From Synergistaceae bacterium (GTDB lineage: Bacteria > Synergistota > Synergistia > Synergistales > Aminobacteriaceae): DNA of 64,000 nucleotides. Position 1 is the stretch's first letter; each line of letters begins with the position of its first letter. This document shows positions 28,123 through 36,844 of the stretch, piece by piece. The notes under the pieces are model-generated. The model made no database searches. It was not told the origin of the DNA and saw only the letters and a program-made list of their open reading frames with translations. The position numbers and the translations under genes were made by a program. The stretch is from positions 7,098-71,097 of the forward strand of contig JAISUL010000005.1 of assembly GCA_031272145.1 (NCBI GenBank), read 5' to 3'.

Positions 28123-29436
28123 ATGCCTAGAATAGAGGGCTTCAGGGTGAAAAACTTCAGGGCGCTGAAGGACTTAACCCTTGGCCGGCTTTGGAACGGA
28201 GAGGGAGGAGTCAATAAAGCGCTTACGCCGGTCACCGCCGTCATCGGCAAGAACGGCACGGGCAAAAGCACCCTGTTCGACGCGTTCGGCTTCCTGGCGG
28301 ACTGCATGCGGGCAGGCGTGGAGGAGGCCTGCGACATGCGAGGGCGCGGCGGCTTCTCGCGCCTCAGGACGCAGGGCGTGGACGGCAGCATCGAATTCGA
28401 GGTCTACTACCGTGAGAAACCAAGTGACCGCCCCATCACCTACGAGCTTTCGATCGCCCTCGACTCCACTGGCCGCCCTTACGTGCAAAGAGAGCGGCTT
28501 AGGCAGCGCCGACATGGGCAGCAAAGAGGGCGTCCGTACTCGTTCCTAATTTTGGAGAACGGCGAGGGCGTGGCGTGGAAAGGAGAACAGGACGGATTAG
28601 ATGACAACGGCAAGATCGATCTGACGAGCCTTATAAGAGGGGCTAGCAATGAGGATATTGCCGAGTCAAACGTTCGCGAGCGCGTCGAGCTTGACGACAA
28701 CAGGAGGCTTGGAATAGCAGCCTTGGGCGTCTTGAGGCAGCACCCAAGGATAGCTGCCTTTCGTAAATTTATCGAGGGCTGGTATCTGTCCTATTTCACG
28801 CCAGACGCCGCCCGCAGCTTGCCTCTCGCCGGGCCGCAAAGACATCTGAACGTCCACGGCGACAACCTTGGGAACGTCGTCCAGTTCATGGAGCGCGAGC
28901 ATCCGACGGAGTTCAGGCGCATACTTGCCGACATCTCCAAAAAAATCCCAGGGCTTGAGAAGATAGCCACCGAATCCACGCCGGATGGACGCCTGCTTTT
29001 GAAGTTCAACGACTGCGGCTTTCAAGACCCGTTCTACGTGCAGCAGATGTCGGACGGAACGCTCAAGGTGTTCGCGTACCTTCTGCTGCTAGCCGATCCC
29101 ACGCCGCCGCCGCTTCTGTGCATAGAGGAGCCGGAAAACGGGCTGTATCACAAGCTGCTGACGGTACTGGCTCAGGAGTTTCGCGACTACGTCGGCAAGG
29201 GCAAGGCGGCTTCGCAGGTATTCGTAACGACCCATCAGCCGTATTTCGTCGACGCCCTTTCGCCGGAGGAGGTATGGGTGCTGGAAAAAGGCGCCGACGG
29301 CTTGGCGCACGTTAAACGCGCCGACAGCGACCCGACCGTAGCGACCCGACCGTCAAGGCACTGGCCGAGGAGGGGCTGCCGCTGGGCGGGCTTTGGTATA
29401 GCGACTATCTGGAGGGGAAATAAGAATGCACTTTGA
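28123..29436 (+). CDS. ABC/OLD-like AAA family ATPase; C-terminus frameshifted by a 14-bp tandem duplication
   Basis: Walker A GKNGTGKSTLFDA, signature-like MSDGT, Walker B LLCIEEPENGLY, and TTHQP. The last ~28 aa of the track ORF are Arg/Trp-rich junk. Removing one copy of the duplication restores ...DSDPTVKALAEEGLPLGGLWYSDYLEGK with a stop at 29421. Confidence 0.78.
   Translation: MPRIEGFRVKNFRALKDLTLGRLWNGEGGVNKALTPVTAVIGKNGTGKSTLFDAFGFLADCMRAGVEEACDMRGRGGFSRLRTQGVDGSIEFEVYYREKPSDRPITYELSIALDSTGRPYVQRERLRQRRHGQQRGRPYSFLILENGEGVAWKGEQDGLDDNGKIDLTSLIRGASNEDIAESNVRERVELDDNRRLGIAALGVLRQHPRIAAFRKFIEGWYLSYFTPDAARSLPLAGPQRHLNVHGDNLGNVVQFMEREHPTEFRRILADISKKIPGLEKIATESTPDGRLLLKFNDCGFQDPFYVQQMSDGTLKVFAYLLLLADPTPPPLLCIEEPENGLYHKLLTVLAQEFRDYVGKGKAASQVFVTTHQPYFVDALSPEEVWVLEKGADGLAHVKRADSDPTVATRPSRHWPRRGCRWAGFGIATIWRGNKNAL
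29326..29353. repeat. perfect 2 x 14-bp tandem duplication (AGCGACCCGACCGT) causing a frameshift
   Basis: 29326-29339 equals 29340-29353. Read directly from the sequence. Confidence 0.95.
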
Positions 29437-29740
29437 ATTTCTCGTCGAGGATCGTTCGTCTAAGACGGCGATCGATATTCTTTTCCATAAGATAGTCGGA
29501 GAAGAGCATACCCATAGGATACACCCGTACAGCGGTACGTGGGAACTCCTGGCCGAGGCCATATATGAAGGTGGCTATAAGGCTATTGTAAAGCAAAACG
29601 TTGGCGCTGAAAAATCCAAATGGGCGGCCAGCATATGCCCTAAGATGAACGTAAACGACAACAAATCGCCCAGTTTTAACTTCTTATGCGTGACCCTGCG
29701 GGAGTTGGCTGACTCAAAATCAGCGGCAAGTAGATTATAA
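29426..29740 (+). CDS. DUF4276-like protein, apparently internally deleted
   Basis: 104 aa. The N-terminus MHFEFLVEDRSSKTAIDILFHKIVG and the C-terminus GTWELLAEAI...NKSPSFNFL...L match my recollection of the two ends of DUF4276 proteins. Those proteins are usually about twice as long. The family call is from memory and not verified. Confidence 0.5.
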   Translation: MHFEFLVEDRSSKTAIDILFHKIVGEEHTHRIHPYSGTWELLAEAIYEGGYKAIVKQNVGAEKSKWAASICPKMNVNDNKSPSFNFLCVTLRELADSKSAASRL

Positions 29741-29743
29741 AAC

Positions 29744-29763
29744 GGGGAGGCTTGCGCCTCCCC
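29744..29763. terminator. GC-rich hairpin between convergent genes
   Basis: GGGGAGGC-TTGC-GCCTCCCC followed by TTCTCTC. Lies between the DUF4276-like gene (+) and the esterase gene (-). Confidence 0.5.
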
Positions 29764-29768
29764 TTCTC

Positions 29769-30590
29769 TCAGTTCTTGCTCGGGATGAACTTCTGGACGT
29801 ACCCCTTGTCCCTCTGCTTTATCGGCAGCCAGTCCAGAACCTTCTGGATGTTCCGGTCCCAGAAGCTCCACACGTGGTCGCCCTGCTCCTCGTGATACGT
29901 CAGGTTCAGGACGTCCTTCATCTCGTCGCGGAACTTCATGTTCGTCTTGTGCAGCGGATCCTCCGTCCCGCACGTCGCGTACAAGGCGGGCAGCGCGTCC
30001 TTGCCCTTCTCCTTCAACTGCCTCCTCGCTATCTCGTATATGTCGAACTCGCTGCCGCGCGGATCGGGCGTCCCGAAGCTCATGTACATCTCGTCCGCGG
30101 TTATCACGTCGGTGCCGACTAGAAAGCCCAAGTCGATGCAGCCGGAAAGGCTCGCGGCGCAAGAATAGCGCTCAGGGTAGGACAGAGCGGCCTTGAACGC
30201 GCCGTAGCCGCCCATCGACAGCCCGGCTATGAAGGTGTCCTCGCGGGCGCGGGAGATGTGGAACATCTTCGACATAACCTCAGGCAGCTCCTCGACTATG
30301 AAGTCCTCCCACCGATAGCCGTGCGCCTGATTCACAAACCAGCCCCGCTGCGTCGTCGGCATTATCACGGCCAAGCCCATGTCCATCACGTACTGCTCGA
30401 TCGACGAGAGGCGCTGCCACGAGGTCTCGTTCCTCATGAGGCCGTGAAGAAGGTAGAGCACCTGATAGGGCGGCTTGATGACGTCTCGCAGCGTGGGAGG
30501 CGTGCGGGTCGTGTTCTGCGGATACACTACGGACACGTTGCAGTCAATCCTGAGGACGTCGGAGTAGAAACATGCGTTAAGCCACGCCAT
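29769..30590 (-). CDS. esterase (esterase D / tributyrin esterase family)
   Basis: ATG 30590 follows a GAGGAGG SD. MAWLNACFYSDVL..., nucleophile elbow GLSMGGYGA. The 5' 194 codons of the track ORF overlap the aminotransferase gene and are discarded. Confidence 0.85.
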   Translation of the reverse strand: MAWLNACFYSDVLRIDCNVSVVYPQNTTRTPPTLRDVIKPPYQVLYLLHGLMRNETSWQRLSSIEQYVMDMGLAVIMPTTQRGWFVNQAHGYRWEDFIVEELPEVMSKMFHISRAREDTFIAGLSMGGYGAFKAALSYPERYSCAASLSGCIDLGFLVGTDVITADEMYMSFGTPDPRGSEFDIYEIARRQLKEKGKDALPALYATCGTEDPLHKTNMKFRDEMKDVLNLTYHEEQGDHVWSFWDRNIQKVLDWLPIKQRDKGYVQKFIPSKN

Positions 30591-30604
30591 TTTCCTTGCC
30601 TCCT

Positions 30605-31957
30605 CTACCAGCCCTTCACGGTGTCCAGCACGGAGTCCGGTATCTGGCCCTTCTCGAACTCCTCCATCGACTCCTCGATGATGTCGAGCGCCTTGTCCAT
30701 CTCGGCCTTCGTTATCACCAAGGGCGGCTGTATCCTCAGCACGGAGCCGCTGAAGAACGCCAGCAATAGGCCCTTCTCCCACGCGCGGTAGCATATCTTC
30801 GACGTGGCCACGCGGTTGCGCTCCTTCGTCTCGCGGTTCGTCACGAGGTCTACGCCGATCGAAAGCCCTATCCCGCGCACGTCGCCCACGAACTCGAACC
30901 TCTTCTGCATCTCGCGGAAGCGGTGCTGCGCGTGAGCCCCAACCTCGGCTGCGTGGGCTGGGATGTTCTCCTCCTTCAAGACCTTGATGGTGGCGAGGGC
31001 TGCAGCGCAGCAGACGGGGTTGCCGGCGGTCGTGAAGGTGTGCACCGGCGGGTTCAGCGGGTCCATGAGCTCGGCCCTGCTCACGACGCCGGAGAGCGGC
31101 AGGCCGGACGCTATGGCCTTCCCCATGATCATCGCGTCGGGCACCACGCCGAAGTTCTCTATGCCGAACCATTTCCCGGTCCGCCCGAAGCCCTGCTGAA
31201 CCTCCTCCGATATGAAGAGAATCCCGTACTCGTCGCAGAGCCTGCGCAGGTCATGCATGTACTTCACCGGCGGCACGATGAGGCCGGAGTCCCCCTGAAT
31301 CGGCTCGATGATAAACGCCGCCACCTCGTCGGCCGGCATATAGTTCGTGAAGGCGGTCTTGATGAAGTCGATGCAGTAGTCGGACACCTGATCGGGCGTC
31401 ATGCCAGGCACTGGCGGGCGGTACGGGTCAGGGTAGGGGACGTGGTAGATGTCGGGCAGGAGCGGCCCGACCCTGTGCCCCATCGGAAGGCTCACCGCCG
31501 ACAGGGTCATGGCGCCATAGGTGTTGCCGTGGTAAGAGCGGATGTAGGAGACGACCTTCGGCCTGCCGGTGGAGAAGCGCGCCATCTTTATCGCCCCGTC
31601 GTTGGCGTCAGAGCCGCTCAGCCCGTAAAACACGCGCTTGCGGAAGTCGCCCGGCGCCAGAGCCACTATCTCCTTGGAAAGGTGAACAAGCGGCTCGTGG
31701 TACATGTAAACCGTGGTGTAGAGCAGCATCTCCTCGGCCTGCTTCTTGACGGCCTCGACCACCTTGGGGTGGCAGTGCCCGGTGTTGACCGCGCCGGCGC
31801 TCGAAAGCATGTCTATGTAGCTGTTGCCGTCGAGGTCCTCGACTATGGCGCCGCGCCCCCTCTTGATGGCCAGCGGATAGTACGAGATCCTGCTGCCGGG
31901 CGAGAGCAGGGACTTGTCGGCCTCGACTAGCTCGAGGCACTTCGTGAGATTTTTCAT
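30605..31957 (-). CDS. class III (omega/GABA-type) aminotransferase
   Basis: 450 aa. Typical acetylornithine/GABA aminotransferase-like sequence (FISEEVQQGFGRTGKWF, with Lys in MGKAIASG). Confidence 0.9.
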   Translation of the reverse strand: MKNLTKCLELVEADKSLLSPGSRISYYPLAIKRGRGAIVEDLDGNSYIDMLSSAGAVNTGHCHPKVVEAVKKQAEEMLLYTTVYMYHEPLVHLSKEIVALAPGDFRKRVFYGLSGSDANDGAIKMARFSTGRPKVVSYIRSYHGNTYGAMTLSAVSLPMGHRVGPLLPDIYHVPYPDPYRPPVPGMTPDQVSDYCIDFIKTAFTNYMPADEVAAFIIEPIQGDSGLIVPPVKYMHDLRRLCDEYGILFISEEVQQGFGRTGKWFGIENFGVVPDAMIMGKAIASGLPLSGVVSRAELMDPLNPPVHTFTTAGNPVCCAAALATIKVLKEENIPAHAAEVGAHAQHRFREMQKRFEFVGDVRGIGLSIGVDLVTNRETKERNRVATSKICYRAWEKGLLLAFFSGSVLRIQPPLVITKAEMDKALDIIEESMEEFEKGQIPDSVLDTVKGW

Positions 31958-31981
31958 GCCGGTTCCTCCTTAGGTAAGTAT

Positions 31982-32007
31982 AAAAAAAGGCGGGGTGGCG
32001 CCCCGCC
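31982..32007 (-). terminator. rho-independent terminator after dctP
   Basis: Minus strand reads GGCGGGG-CGCCA-CCCCGCC followed by TTTTTTT. Confidence 0.6.
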
Positions 32008-32024
32008 CGCAAAAACTGAAACGC

Positions 32025-33059
32025 TTAGGGTCTCGGAATCCCGGACTCCTGATACACCTTGTCCATGAGCTCCTTGCCGATGGACTGCTCCAGAGACGGC
32101 CACACCGTCTTGCGAACGTGGTCGGCTATATTGGTGAGCTCCTCCGGCGTCAGAATGACTATCTCCCAGCCGTACTCGTCCTTCAGCTTCTGACGGTACT
32201 CCTCGTCGACCGCCGTTGCGCGGTCCCACTGGATGTCGGACTCCTCAAGCGCGGCGGCCTGAAGGATCTCCTGGTCCTCCTTGCTGAGCTTGTTCCACAG
32301 GTCGAGGTTGACCGTGAACCACCAGGACTCGAAGAAGTCGTTGTACTGAATCCAGACCTTGTTCACGTCCTTGAACTGCCAAGCCTGGAAGGGGGGCCCA
32401 CCCATCTGGCCGTCGGCGATGCCGGTCTGAATGGCGCTGTAAGCCTCGGCGTAGGGGATGGGCGTCGCGATGTAGCCCATGGCCTCGTACGTAAGCTCGC
32501 AGGCCTTGATGGGCATGACGCGAACCTTCATGTTCTTGGGCACCGTCGGATCGGCGTAGTTGTCCGGCTTCGTCCTAAGGGAAACGCCGGACATGCCGAC
32601 CGGAACGACCGCGAGGGCCTTCATGTTGTACTTCTCCCAAAGCCCCTGGATGACCTTGTACGCCCAGCCGTCCTTGCCGTAGACCTTCCTCGCCTCGTCC
32701 ACGTCCTTCACCAGATAGGGGAAGTAGTAGGCAAGGTCGAGCTCCGGCCCGAAGTTGGAGTTGGCCTGACCGAGGTTCACCTCAAGGGTGCCGCGGCGGT
32801 TCATCTCGAACGTCTCCGTCCAGTCGCCCAGGGAGTTGCCGGAGAACACGTCGATGTGGATGCGCCCCTTGGTGCGCTCCTCGACCTTCTTGGCAAACGA
32901 CTTCGCACGCTTGTCGTAGTCGCTGTCGACCGGGTGCGTCTGAGCCATGCGCCACTTCAGCTGCTCCGCCGCGCCTGCCGTGTCCGCCGCGCCGACCGTT
33001 AGAAACGCTACGGCCGCCACGAGCGCGAACACCGAACACAAAACGCAAAACTTCTTCAT
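32025..33059 (-). CDS. dctP: TRAP transporter substrate-binding protein
   Basis: ATG 33059 follows an AGGAGG SD. Signal peptide MKKFCVLCSVFALVAAVAFLTVGAA. DctP-family periplasmic protein next to dctQM. Confidence 0.88.
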   Translation of the reverse strand: MKKFCVLCSVFALVAAVAFLTVGAADTAGAAEQLKWRMAQTHPVDSDYDKRAKSFAKKVEERTKGRIHIDVFSGNSLGDWTETFEMNRRGTLEVNLGQANSNFGPELDLAYYFPYLVKDVDEARKVYGKDGWAYKVIQGLWEKYNMKALAVVPVGMSGVSLRTKPDNYADPTVPKNMKVRVMPIKACELTYEAMGYIATPIPYAEAYSAIQTGIADGQMGGPPFQAWQFKDVNKVWIQYNDFFESWWFTVNLDLWNKLSKEDQEILQAAALEESDIQWDRATAVDEEYRQKLKDEYGWEIVILTPEELTNIADHVRKTVWPSLEQSIGKELMDKVYQESGIPRP

Positions 33060-33105
33060 TAACTTACGCCTCCTGTACAAAAATAGGCCACATGTGGCCG
33101 CTAGA

Positions 33106-34416
33106 CTACTTTATGTGCATGATGAGCCGGGGGAGCCACAGGGAGAGGTCGGGGAAGTAGGTCGTCAGGATGATGACGGGCACGTTCCCAAAGAGCATGT
33201 AGACGAGGGCCGGCTTGATGTACTCGTTTATCGGCACGTTGCCGATGCGCCCGCCTAGGTAGAGTATCGGCGCCGTCGGCGGCGTGACGTTCCCAAGGCC
33301 GAGGTTCGTTCCAAGGATGGCCGCGAAGTGCACCGGGTGTATGCCTATCTGAACCATCAGCGGCATCAGGAGCGGAGCCGTGAGCATCGTGCCGCTGAGG
33401 TCGTCCATGAGCATCCCGATGATGATCAGGAACACGTTGACCATGAGCAGAATAACGTACTTGTTGTCCGAGAAGCTGAGCAGGAACTGCGCTATCTTCA
33501 TGGGCACCTGCTGCATCGTGTAGACGCGGCCCAGAATCGTGACGAAGAAAAGCATCAGGCATATGACGCCGCTGGTCGTCGCCGAGACGCAGAAGGCCTT
33601 CCATAGGGTCTTGATCTTGAGCTCCCTGTGGACGAAGAACCCTATCACGATGGAGTAGGCCACGGCCACAGCCGCGGACTCGGTGGGGGTGGTGACTCCG
33701 CCGTAGATGCCGCCCAGTATGATCACGGGCATGAGGAGGCTCCAAATTCCAAGCCGGAAGGCACGGACTATCTCGCGGTTGCGCTCGCGCGGGGGAAGGG
33801 GCGGGTCTACTTTGATGGACGGGAACCGCTTGCACATGAAGTAGTTGATGATGCAGAAGATGATCGTCAGGGTGATGCCGGGGCCGACGGTCGCGAGGAA
33901 ACACGCCGCGACGGACTGCTGTGTGACCCAGCCGTAAAGTATCATCGGCACGGACGGCGGGATGAGCTGGCCCAGGATCGACGCGCAGCTCACCATGGCC
34001 GTGCTGTAGTTTCTCGGGTAGCCGAGCTCCTCGAGGCGCGGGATCATGATGCTGCCGATGCATGCGACCGCGGAGGAACATGTGCCCGAGATGGCGCCGA
34101 AGATCGCGCAGGCGACGATCGTGGCCGCGCCCATGCCGCCGCGAATGCGCCCGAGCATCGAGTTGGCGAAGCCGGTCAGGCGCTCGGCTATTCCGGCGGA
34201 GCTCATCAGCGACCCCGCCATGATGAAGAACGGGATCGACAGAAGCGTGAGGGAGTTCAGCCCCCTGAAGCCGACGGTCGTGAGGAAGGAGAAGTCCGGG
34301 AAGTAGATGAGCCCCATGTATATGGCCGCGGCCATGAAGCAGAAGGGCACGGGGATGCCGAGGACGATGGTTCCGATGAGTATCGCTATGTCTATGGCTA
34401 TGTGCATCGCGCTCAC
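33106..34416 (-). CDS. dctM: TRAP transporter large permease
   Basis: 436 aa, polytopic, typical DctM sequence. Confidence 0.9.
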   Translation of the reverse strand: MSAMHIAIDIAILIGTIVLGIPVPFCFMAAAIYMGLIYFPDFSFLTTVGFRGLNSLTLLSIPFFIMAGSLMSSAGIAERLTGFANSMLGRIRGGMGAATIVACAIFGAISGTCSSAVACIGSIMIPRLEELGYPRNYSTAMVSCASILGQLIPPSVPMILYGWVTQQSVAACFLATVGPGITLTIIFCIINYFMCKRFPSIKVDPPLPPRERNREIVRAFRLGIWSLLMPVIILGGIYGGVTTPTESAAVAVAYSIVIGFFVHRELKIKTLWKAFCVSATTSGVICLMLFFVTILGRVYTMQQVPMKIAQFLLSFSDNKYVILLMVNVFLIIIGMLMDDLSGTMLTAPLLMPLMVQIGIHPVHFAAILGTNLGLGNVTPPTAPILYLGGRIGNVPINEYIKPALVYMLFGNVPVIILTTYFPDLSLWLPRLIMHIK

Positions 34417-34417
34417 C

Positions 34418-34933
34418 TCAGACCGTCAGGTCGAACGGCGGGTAGCCCCGCGCCTGCCGGACGTAGTCCACGAACTCCACGGCGAAGTAGAAGAACATGA
34501 GGATCGAGCTGACGAACAGGCTGGCCTGAGCGCAGACCATCGGAATGCGCAGGGAGGGCGAGCGCTCCCATGTCACGAACGACCACGACACGTAGCTCGA
34601 CGTCCACTCGATGAAGATGCCGGAGAGCACGAGCGTTATGAAGGCGATGACGGCCTTGGCGATGTTGAGCACCCGCTCGTTCGTGACGAAGACGTTGAGG
34701 ATGTCGGCCTTGATGTGGCTGCTCTCCCTCGACCCGTTGGCGGCGCCGATGAAGTAGAGCCAGAAGCCGAAGAGGCACGCGAGCTCCTCCACGCCGAAGA
34801 TCGGCATTCGGAAGAAGTACCTCAGCACCACCTGAACCAGAATGAGCGTGACGATGGAGACCGACGCGGCGACCATCACGATCTGCTGTGCCCAGTCCAG
34901 CAGACGCCACAGGAGCATAAAAGCGTGTTTCAT
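34418..34933 (-). CDS. dctQ: TRAP transporter small permease
   Basis: 171 aa with 4 TM helices, immediately upstream of dctM. Confidence 0.85.
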   Translation of the reverse strand: MKHAFMLLWRLLDWAQQIVMVAASVSIVTLILVQVVLRYFFRMPIFGVEELACLFGFWLYFIGAANGSRESSHIKADILNVFVTNERVLNIAKAVIAFITLVLSGIFIEWTSSYVSWSFVTWERSPSLRIPMVCAQASLFVSSILMFFYFAVEFVDYVRQARGYPPFDLTV

Positions 34934-35102
34934 CCTAATATATCCCCTCTTTCATATCGGGGGTCTCGCCGGGCGGCGATCAGACCCTCTGTAAGCTCGC
35001 TTAAGCTTATCACCCCACAATCCCTCCGTCAACACCTATCTCCTAGAATTCGCACTAGCTGCAGCGCGGTGGCGCGTGCTAGAATGCCCCGTTGGGAGGT
35101 GT

Positions 35103-35159
35103 CGGGTATAACCGCAAAACTTGTTCGGAACACGAAGTTTTTCGGGTATAACCGCAAAA
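35103..35159 (+). repeat. two identical 17-mers (CGGGTATAACCGCAAAA) 40 bp apart, ending 1 nt before the ATG
   Basis: 35103-35119 and 35143-35159. Read directly from the sequence. Confidence 0.85.
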
Positions 35160-35160
35160 A

Positions 35161-36381
35161 ATGAAAAATCGAGACATCTACCTGCGCCAGCTAACGGCGT
35201 TCAAGGACACGTCGCCCGTGAAGGTTGTGACGGGCGTCCGGCGCTGCGGCAAGTCCACGCTGCTCGACCTCTACGAGCGCCACCTGCGCTCGCTGGGCGC
35301 CAGCGCCATCCTGCGGATGAACTTCGAGTCCCTGGAGTTCGAGCATATAAAGACCTACCGAGACCTATACGCCTACATCAAGGCGTGGCTCAGGCCCGAG
35401 GCCCACGGGGCCGAGCCCCCTGGGGCTCACGCCCCTACCGCGTATATCCTGCTGGACGAGGTGCAGCAGGTCGAGGGGTGGGAGCGCGCCGTGAACTCGC
35501 TCCGGCTCGAGCGAGGCGTCGACCTGTACGTCACCGGGTCTAACGCGCGGCTGCTCTCGTCGGAGCTCTCGCCCCTGCTCTCGGGGCGCTACGTGGAGAT
35601 AAAGATGCTGCCCCTCTCCTTCGCCGAGTTCATGGACTTCAACGGCTACCCGCGCGAGGAGGCCGACGTGCGCTTCAACGACTACCTTAAGCGCGGGTCA
35701 TTCCCCGGCGTGACGGAGCTTCGAGACAACCCGACGGCGATCGAGCAGCTGGTCGAGGGGATATACGACACGATCATAATGAAGGACGTGATCATGCGGA
35801 ACTCGGTCCGCGACGCCGCGCTTCTGGACGGGGTGGTGCGCTTCCTGTGCGCCAGCGTCGGGAATTTTCTGTCCACGAAAAAAATCAGCGGCTATCTGAC
35901 CAGCGCCGGGAGGAAGACGAGCGCCGAGACGATCGACAGCTACGTCCGGATGCTGGAGGACGCGTTTTTCATATACCGGGCGCGGCGGTACGACCTCAAG
36001 GGGCACATGCATCTGAAGACGCAGGAGAAGTTCTACGTCGTGGACACGGGCATACGCCGCGCGCTCGTCGGGGCCGGAGACTACGGATTCCTTCTGGAGA
36101 ACGTGGTCTATCTGGAGCTCCTGCGGAGGGGGTACAGGGTCTCCGTTGGCAAGCTGGGCTCGCTGGAGGTGGACTTCGTGGCGGCCAAGGGCGACCGAAT
36201 CGTGTACTACCAGGTGACGGCGTCGGCGCTGGACAAGGGGACGCGGGAGCGAGAGCTGGCCCCGCTGCGCCGCATCCCCGACCACCACGAAAAGGTTCTC
36301 CTGTCGATGGACAGGACGCCGATCAGTAGCTTCGACGGGATACGAAACGTGAACATAGTGGATTTTCTGCTGGGAGCATGA
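35161..36381 (+). CDS. AAA ATPase with DUF4143 domain
   Basis: 406 aa. Walker A GVRRCGKST, Walker B YILLDEVQ. Architecture typical of the AAA_14/DUF4143 family. Confidence 0.8.
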   Translation: MKNRDIYLRQLTAFKDTSPVKVVTGVRRCGKSTLLDLYERHLRSLGASAILRMNFESLEFEHIKTYRDLYAYIKAWLRPEAHGAEPPGAHAPTAYILLDEVQQVEGWERAVNSLRLERGVDLYVTGSNARLLSSELSPLLSGRYVEIKMLPLSFAEFMDFNGYPREEADVRFNDYLKRGSFPGVTELRDNPTAIEQLVEGIYDTIIMKDVIMRNSVRDAALLDGVVRFLCASVGNFLSTKKISGYLTSAGRKTSAETIDSYVRMLEDAFFIYRARRYDLKGHMHLKTQEKFYVVDTGIRRALVGAGDYGFLLENVVYLELLRRGYRVSVGKLGSLEVDFVAAKGDRIVYYQVTASALDKGTRERELAPLRRIPDHHEKVLLSMDRTPISSFDGIRNVNIVDFLLGA

Positions 36382-36391
36382 GCCCCCCTGC

Positions 36392-36844
36392 CTAGCTCCG
36401 CCGCCTCCACGCGACCGCGGCGAGTATAAGCGCCAACGCGCCGAGCGACGCCGCGTCGCACCCGGTGCTGCTGTCCGACGTGTCGGGAACAGGCTCCTTC
36501 GTGCCGGTCGCAGTGAATTCCTGAAGTAGCGTGCTCTGTCCATCTGAGGTGGTCACCGTGTAGCTGATCTGATCGCCAGACTCAAGCCTAAAAGCAACAA
36601 TAACCTCCTCGCCATCGTTCACCACATCACGACTCCAAACCAGGAAGCTGCCACTAGGAATGATGGGAACATAAACAGTCACGCCTCCAGCTGTGTACGT
36701 CACGTCGACCTCCTTATTAGGCATCACTGCCTTCGGATCGACCGTGGTGCCGTCGTCATACGTAGGTCCAGTTATCACCAGCATGGCCCACGCTGCCGTC
36801 GGTAGGGAGAGGCAGAGGCAGAGCAAAAAAACCACCTTACGCAT
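36392..36844 (-). CDS. small secreted protein: stand-alone copy of the S8 C-terminal domain plus Gly-Cys sorting tail
   Basis: 150 aa. Signal peptide MRKVVFLLCLCLSLPTAAWA. The body aligns with the C-terminal domain of the adjacent S8 protein (YDDG..V...AV.PN.EV..TYTA, ISYTVT). Tail STGCDAASLGALALILAAVAWRRRS. Confidence 0.65.
   Translation of the reverse strand: MRKVVFLLCLCLSLPTAAWAMLVITGPTYDDGTTVDPKAVMPNKEVDVTYTAGGVTVYVPIIPSGSFLVWSRDVVNDGEEVIVAFRLESGDQISYTVTTSDGQSTLLQEFTATGTKEPVPDTSDSSTGCDAASLGALALILAAVAWRRRS

Noticed and set aside
30591-31172. 194-aa N-terminal extension of the esterase ORF (track ORF 29769..31172)
   Set aside because: It overlaps the class III aminotransferase gene out of frame and is Arg/Gly-rich. 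ATG 30590 has a GAGGAGG SD and sits right after the aminotransferase stop.
33101-34500. ORFs 33101..34081 (-) and 33628..34500 (+), each about 290-330 aa
   Set aside because: They are out of frame or antisense to the polytopic dctM gene. His/Arg/Asp-rich junk.
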